From Pirellulales bacterium (GTDB taxonomy: Bacteria; Planctomycetota; Planctomycetia; Pirellulales; Lacipirellulaceae): DNA of 64,000 nucleotides. Shown piece after piece: positions 60,001 to 64,000 of the stretch. Position numbers and translations under genes: made by a program. Under the pieces are notes generated by a model. The model was not told where the DNA came from. It saw nothing but the letters and a program-made list of their open reading frames with translations, and ran no database searches. Position 1 is the stretch's first letter. The number at the start of each line of letters is the position of its first letter. The stretch spans positions 29,791-93,790 of the forward strand of contig CAVTEK010000016.1 in assembly GCA_963733825.1 (NCBI GenBank), written 5' to 3'.

Positions 60001-60534
60001 CTATCGGTGCAGAAAATTCCGCAGCGGATAAAAACGCTCGTCCCGAAACAGGGCGCTGCCGTCCCAGGATCCGGGAAAAAAGGCGAACTTTTGAACGAGT
60101 AATGGGTCGGTCTCGAATTCGCCGCAGCGCGGGCAGATGTTCTTTATCGCGCCGCCGCTGGCCGGAACATCGACCTTGATTGAGCCGAAGACTTCGACGC
60201 GAAAATAGTCAGGCGCCTTATTTGGTGACAGCGCCGTGTCCAAGGCTTCAACGACCCGAACCGGATACGAGACCAGCGGTCCGAAACCGTGCATCCGCCA
60301 GGCGGACAACACGCGCGCCGAAACAATTAGCAGCGGGTACGCACCACAAAGGAGGAGGTCGGGGTATTCGCGCCCTTCCTCAATTGTTACATCAAACGAG
60401 CCAGATGGATAATTCGCTGCACATCCACAGTCCGGACAGCGCCATCGAATTGCCCTTGAACGAGCAAGAATTGTTATTGCTGTGGTCCACTGTCGCTCGA
60501 ATGAAGTGTTATCTAATAATTGATAGATTCGCAT
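60001..60534 (-). CDS. Double-CXXCG motif protein; predicted immunity protein of the orphan RHS toxin tip
   Basis: 177 aa with CPDCG and CPRCG motifs ~100 aa apart (Imm11 / TIGR02264-like architecture as I recall it). Starts 9 nt after the orphan toxin stop. Confidence 0.65.
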   Translation of the reverse strand: MRIYQLLDNTSFERQWTTAITILARSRAIRWRCPDCGCAANYPSGSFDVTIEEGREYPDLLLCGAYPLLIVSARVLSAWRMHGFGPLVSYPVRVVEALDTALSPNKAPDYFRVEVFGSIKVDVPASGGAIKNICPRCGEFETDPLLVQKFAFFPGSWDGSALFRDERFYPLRNFLHR

Positions 60535-60543
60535 CTTTACGGC

Positions 60544-61897
60544 TCACTGGAATTGTGGATCGTTCCGCAATTTATTCATAAAATCGAGAACCTGTTGCCT
60601 GTTCGCATTGGGTCTATCCAAAATGAAGCGTCGCCACTGTGCTTCGAACGCTGCACTCCAATTCTGATGTGCACCCGGAGGTGTTCCCTGAACCCAGCGG
60701 CCAAACCGAGGATCGTTCACATTTAGGCCACGGCCTTCGCCGGCAAACCATTCCCTAAGCGCCCAGGGCAAGTCATGGTGAGCTTGAGCGTTTATCAATC
60801 CTGCGGGAGGTTCCGCCATCGCCGCTCTTAAACCAGCCCGATTGCTTGGACACGCCAGCGCCCGCTCGCCCGCCCCCGATGGCTGCAGGAACCCTCCGCC
60901 CAAAGCCATCGCATTGAATTGTATTGCCCCTTCAGCAAGGACTCTAGCATCGCGGGCCGCCCTCCTCCTTTGCTCAAGTTCCAGCGCTTGCAAGCCTCGA
61001 AGGCCTGCGTCCGATCCTGGATGAAGGGCCATTTCGGCCTGAGCACGGCGCAGCTGCCAGCGCGTCCAATCGGCGGTCAAGTTCACGGCCTTGAGGATCC
61101 GGAACAAAAATATCATACGCTCGCTCGCCAGCCCACGCTGCGGCATCCGCTGTCCACAGGTTCCACCATGCCAACCCTTCCGGATCAACCGCGTTCCCCG
61201 GTGAGTTCCTGGCGTATTCGTAGGGGTTGGTGCCTTGCTCGGCCGGGTCTTCGCTGAGGAAGCGGCCTTCGTACGAATCGTACCAGCGGTTGAGGTTGTT
61301 TTGGAGTTTCGTGGCCTTGTCGAGCCAGCGGCCGGTGTAGCCGAAGGCTTCGTCGATGAAGCCCGTGCCGCTGGTGACCGTGCTGCCGGCGGCGTTGAAA
61401 TGCGTTTCGCCGACGACGTTGCCGAACGAGTCGTACTGGCGATGAATCCGCAAATTGCCATCCGAATCGATGACATCGCGGGCGCTGCCGAGGCTGTCGG
61501 TCATTGCCCACAGGACTTCACCCTCATACGTTGAGTTCCCAGGCCAATCGACCTGCTCGTCGGCCAGAAGCTGATCGACCGCTTCTCCCCACAGATAGCG
61601 GTGCGAGAGGTCCGTTGCAGCGACGTCGCCCGTGCCGTCCTTGTCGAACTCAAGCACGACCTGCCCGCCGTCGTTGATGAACACGGTTTGGTTCGTCGAA
61701 GCGCCGACCTCCTTGCGATAGACAAGCTGGTTGAAGGCGTCGTAATGGTAGGTGATGTCTTTGACCAGCGTGGTGCCGTCCTCGTACTCCTCGGCTTCGA
61801 CGAGCCGGTTGCGGTTGTCCCAGGTGTACGCGAAGCGATCGAAAGTGCCGGTGTTCAGCTTGCCGACGAGGTTTCTGCTGTCCTGATTGAGGCGAGA
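60544..61897 (-). pseudogene. Orphan, start-less RHS C-terminal cassette: RHS core end plus AHH/HNH-like nuclease tip; frameshift probably in the A5/T5 run 61106-61110
   Basis: Opens in frame directly after the upstream stop codon (SRLNQDSRNLVGK..YTWDNRNRL..) with no start codon. YTGRWLDKATKLQNNLNRWYDSYEGRFLSEDP..DPEGL. The tip continues in the second frame: ..INAQAHHDLPWALREWF..LNVNDPRFGRW..GAHQNW. Confidence 0.75.
61172..61828 (-). repeat. 657-nt RHS core segment duplicated at 63297-63953
   Basis: Colinear codon-for-codon with the main rhs gene from YTWDNRNRL to DPEGL. Long identical nucleotide runs, e.g. ccttgctcggccgggtcttcgctgaggaagcggccttcgtacgaatcg. Confidence 0.9.
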
Positions 61898-62629
61898 TCA
61901 TTTTGCTTCGTGTCGAGCTAGAAAAAACTCTGGGCACCACAGTTTTCCAAGAAAGTCCCGGTTATCGCGATCATAATCGGCCCAAGAGACGTTCGCCGTT
62001 TCGCGCATCGAGTTGCGGTAATTAATGGTATTCCCTCGTTGAAGTTCCGACACGCCTCGCCAGAAACCCGCCTGCCAATAATTATCTGCCGTGATATCGT
62101 CTCGTCCCTTCCAAACGGCCATCTGTTGCAATTCGGGAAAATCGATTCGTCCAATCATGTACTGCGCCAACGGGGCCGGCCACCGATTTGCCCGGGGGTC
62201 GGCAAGGCGTTCGGCGAGCAAGCTTTCCGCCTCAGTCCGGGAATACAAACTCGGCTGAACAACTGATGCAAAAAACAAGAGTAGTGGCGGCGTAATTCCA
62301 TAGCCAACGTCCGCATAATCCACGTCAAGCCCTCGCTGCCATTGATGCACCGCTTCAGCCCGCTTGCCCATGCACCACATGGCAGTACCGGCCATGTCGT
62401 AAGTATCATGCGAGTGGCGTGGATATTGCTGATTGTAAAAGTCAAAGTGTTCCTTCGCCGCCAGGTAATCTTCCAACCATAAATACGCAACTCCTAATTC
62501 CATCACTTCGGACCCGCACGATGGCATCGAGTATTCAGGCTTCCATGCTTTTGCAAATCTTTCTTTCATTCTAAGAAGGGCACTCTCCTTGTCTCCTTCT
62601 CGCATCATCTTCCACGAACTGACTGCCAT
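61898..62629 (-). CDS. Predicted immunity protein of the main RHS toxin (helical, TPR-like repeats)
   Basis: ATG 62629 lies 11 nt after the rhs stop; the ORF-track start at 62680 overlaps rhs. MAVSSWKMMREGDKESALLRMKERF..LGVAYLWLEDYLAAKEHFDFY.. Confidence 0.6.
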   Translation of the reverse strand: MAVSSWKMMREGDKESALLRMKERFAKAWKPEYSMPSCGSEVMELGVAYLWLEDYLAAKEHFDFYNQQYPRHSHDTYDMAGTAMWCMGKRAEAVHQWQRGLDVDYADVGYGITPPLLLFFASVVQPSLYSRTEAESLLAERLADPRANRWPAPLAQYMIGRIDFPELQQMAVWKGRDDITADNYWQAGFWRGVSELQRGNTINYRNSMRETANVSWADYDRDNRDFLGKLWCPEFFLARHEAK

Positions 62630-62639
62630 GATATTTATC

Positions 62640-64000
62640 CTACCAGTTGGTCCCGGAAGATCCGATAATAGCGTGTTCATTGTACCACCAAAGCTGTGTA
62701 TCTTCGGGAAGTGCCCAGCGGTTCAGCTGACGTTGAAATGTGTTGAAGCCGCTTCGGCTCAAAGGCTTGAGTTCTGCGTGTCGGAACCCTGGAAATAACT
62801 CCTCTGGGCCGCGGTACGTTGCGTCCACGCCGGTCATGCCCGGACGAGTTCGCATGAACCAGTGCTTTGGCTTGGTACCAGTCTGTTCGAGTAACGCTTG
62901 CTCGAACCTCGAATGGGCATAATTGCCAAGTTCGGCCGAGCCGAATTTGGCCCTACTTGCCGCTTTCTCACATTCTAACGCCCGCTCGGCGGCGGAGGCG
63001 GCCTCGGCGGCCCTAGCGCCATTTTCAAGTGCCCCTAATTCGCCAAGTCCATCGATCCAATAAAGGATAGGTGGAACACCGGTCTGTACTTGATACTTCT
63101 TCCCATCTTTTGCGATTTCGTATGGATCTGATGTACCAGTTATGAATCGCATGAAATGATCGAAACGCACCCAAGAATCATCAGCATCATAGCCGGTACC
63201 CCAGCTGCCGCCGGCTCCGCTGCCATGGGTAGTTCCGCCCCCGAAGCCACTTGGCGCACCTCCGCCACCGTAATTGTTTCCGCCCGGTACGGGGTCAAGA
63301 CCCTCGGGATCAATAAAGTTCCCCGGCGAGTTGCCGGCGTATTCGTAGGGGTTGGTGCCTTGCTCGGCCGGGTCTTCGCTGAGGAAGCGGCCTTCGTACG
63401 AATCGCACCAGCGGTTGAGGTTGTTTTGGAGTTTCGTGGCCTTGTCGAGCCAGCGGCCGGTGTAGCCGAAGGCTTCGTCGATGAAGCCCGTGCCGCTGGT
63501 GACCGTGCTGCCGGCGGAGTTGTAGTGCGTTTCGCCCACCACGTTCCCGAATGAATCGTATTGGCGATGAAGCCGAAGATTGCCGTCCGAATCAATGACA
63601 TCCCCCACGCTGCCGAGGCTGTCTGTCATTGCCCACAGGACTTCACCTTCGTACGTCGAGTTCCCAGCCCAATCGACCTGCTCGTCAGCCAGAAGCTGAT
63701 CGACCGCTTCTCCCCACAGGTAGCGGTGCGAGAGGTCCGTTGCAGCGACGTCGCCAGTGCCGTCCTTGTCGAACTCGAGCACGACCTGCCCGCCGTCGTT
63801 GATGAAGACGGTTTGGTTCGTCGAAGCACCGACCTCCTTGCGGTAGATGAGCCGGTTGAAGGCGTCGTAGCCGTAGGTAATGTCCTTGAGCAATACGTTT
63901 TGGTCGTCGTACTCCTTCGCCTCGACGAGCCGGTTGCGGTTGTCCCAGGTGTACGACACACCGATCTCGCCCCATTCCCACTCGCCGTCGCCATTGAGGT
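62640..64000 (-). CDS. RHS-repeat polymorphic toxin, 3' part (5' end beyond the window), with PD-(D/E)xK-like nuclease tip
   Basis: The frame stays open to the window edge (..LNGDGEWEWGEIGVSYTWDNRNRL). RHS core end YTGRWLDKATKLQNNLNRW..DPEGL. Gly-rich linker, then the tip ..GNYAHSRFEQ..GVDATYRG..FRHAELKPLSRSG.. Confidence 0.85.
   Translation of the reverse strand, partial: LNGDGEWEWGEIGVSYTWDNRNRLVEAKEYDDQNVLLKDITYGYDAFNRLIYRKEVGASTNQTVFINDGGQVVLEFDKDGTGDVAATDLSHRYLWGEAVDQLLADEQVDWAGNSTYEGEVLWAMTDSLGSVGDVIDSDGNLRLHRQYDSFGNVVGETHYNSAGSTVTSGTGFIDEAFGYTGRWLDKATKLQNNLNRWCDSYEGRFLSEDPAEQGTNPYEYAGNSPGNFIDPEGLDPVPGGNNYGGGGAPSGFGGGTTHGSGAGGSWGTGYDADDSWVRFDHFMRFITGTSDPYEIAKDGKKYQVQTGVPPILYWIDGLGELGALENGARAAEAASAAERALECEKAASRAKFGSAELGNYAHSRFEQALLEQTGTKPKHWFMRTRPGMTGVDATYRGPEELFPGFRHAELKPLSRSGFNTFQRQLNRWALPEDTQLWWYNEHAIIGSSGTNW
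63297..63953 (-). repeat. 657-nt RHS core segment, partner of 61172-61828
   Basis: See the 61172-61828 entry. Equal lengths, and only scattered substitutions are visible in translation (e.g. WPGN/WAGN, SARD/SVGD, HFNAAG/HYNSAG). Confidence 0.9.

Noticed and set aside
60544-61476. N-terminal two thirds of the 310-aa ORF 60544-61476 (and ORF 63140-63601), rich in Ala/Ser/Thr/Pro/Arg
   Set aside because: This is an out-of-frame translation of the RHS core repeat. Only the last ~185 aa (the AHH-like tip) of 60544-61476 are considered real coding sequence.

Overview
GC-rich bacterial chromosomal segment. PEP-CTERM tails, a TIGR03067-type protein, a P-domain/dockerin exoprotein and the overall gene content point to Planctomycetota (Pirellulales-like); this taxonomic call is inference only. 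Most of the window is housekeeping: comEC, an acyl-lipid desaturase, rpsO-pnp, a histidine kinase with a sigma54-type response regulator, mutL, aroD/E-aroK, prepilin peptidase, hisH-hisA, an EF-G paralog, a CDF transporter, cysE and others. Four parts are not housekeeping. (1) Mobile DNA: two near-identical IS630 copies, an IS4 element nested in an older transposase remnant, a single-ORF IS66 element, and a RAYT-like Y1 transposase bracketed by inverted repeats. (2) A 14-kb cluster (37.9-51.8 kb) resembling the E. coli ygeW/ygeY/yqeA/ssnA/xdhD/mocA/ygfK purine-related, selenium-dependent molybdenum hydroxylase neighbourhood. (3) A small stress-gene island (CsbD, DUF1328, YciE-like) with one good sigma54 promoter candidate. 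(4) An RHS polymorphic-toxin locus at the right edge, with a main toxin tip, its immunity gene, a start-less orphan toxin cassette and a double-CXXCG immunity-like gene. Two window-wide observations stand out. Nearly every intergenic gap carries a hairpin built from tandem 7-8-nt words whose sequence differs from gap to gap. About 20 frameshifts interrupt otherwise recognisable genes, and they are unevenly distributed: serpin at least 5, EF-G paralog 3, xdhD-like 2, mutL 1. No tRNA, rRNA or CRISPR array was found. All calls come from reading the sequence and the supplied ORF translations; no database search was run.
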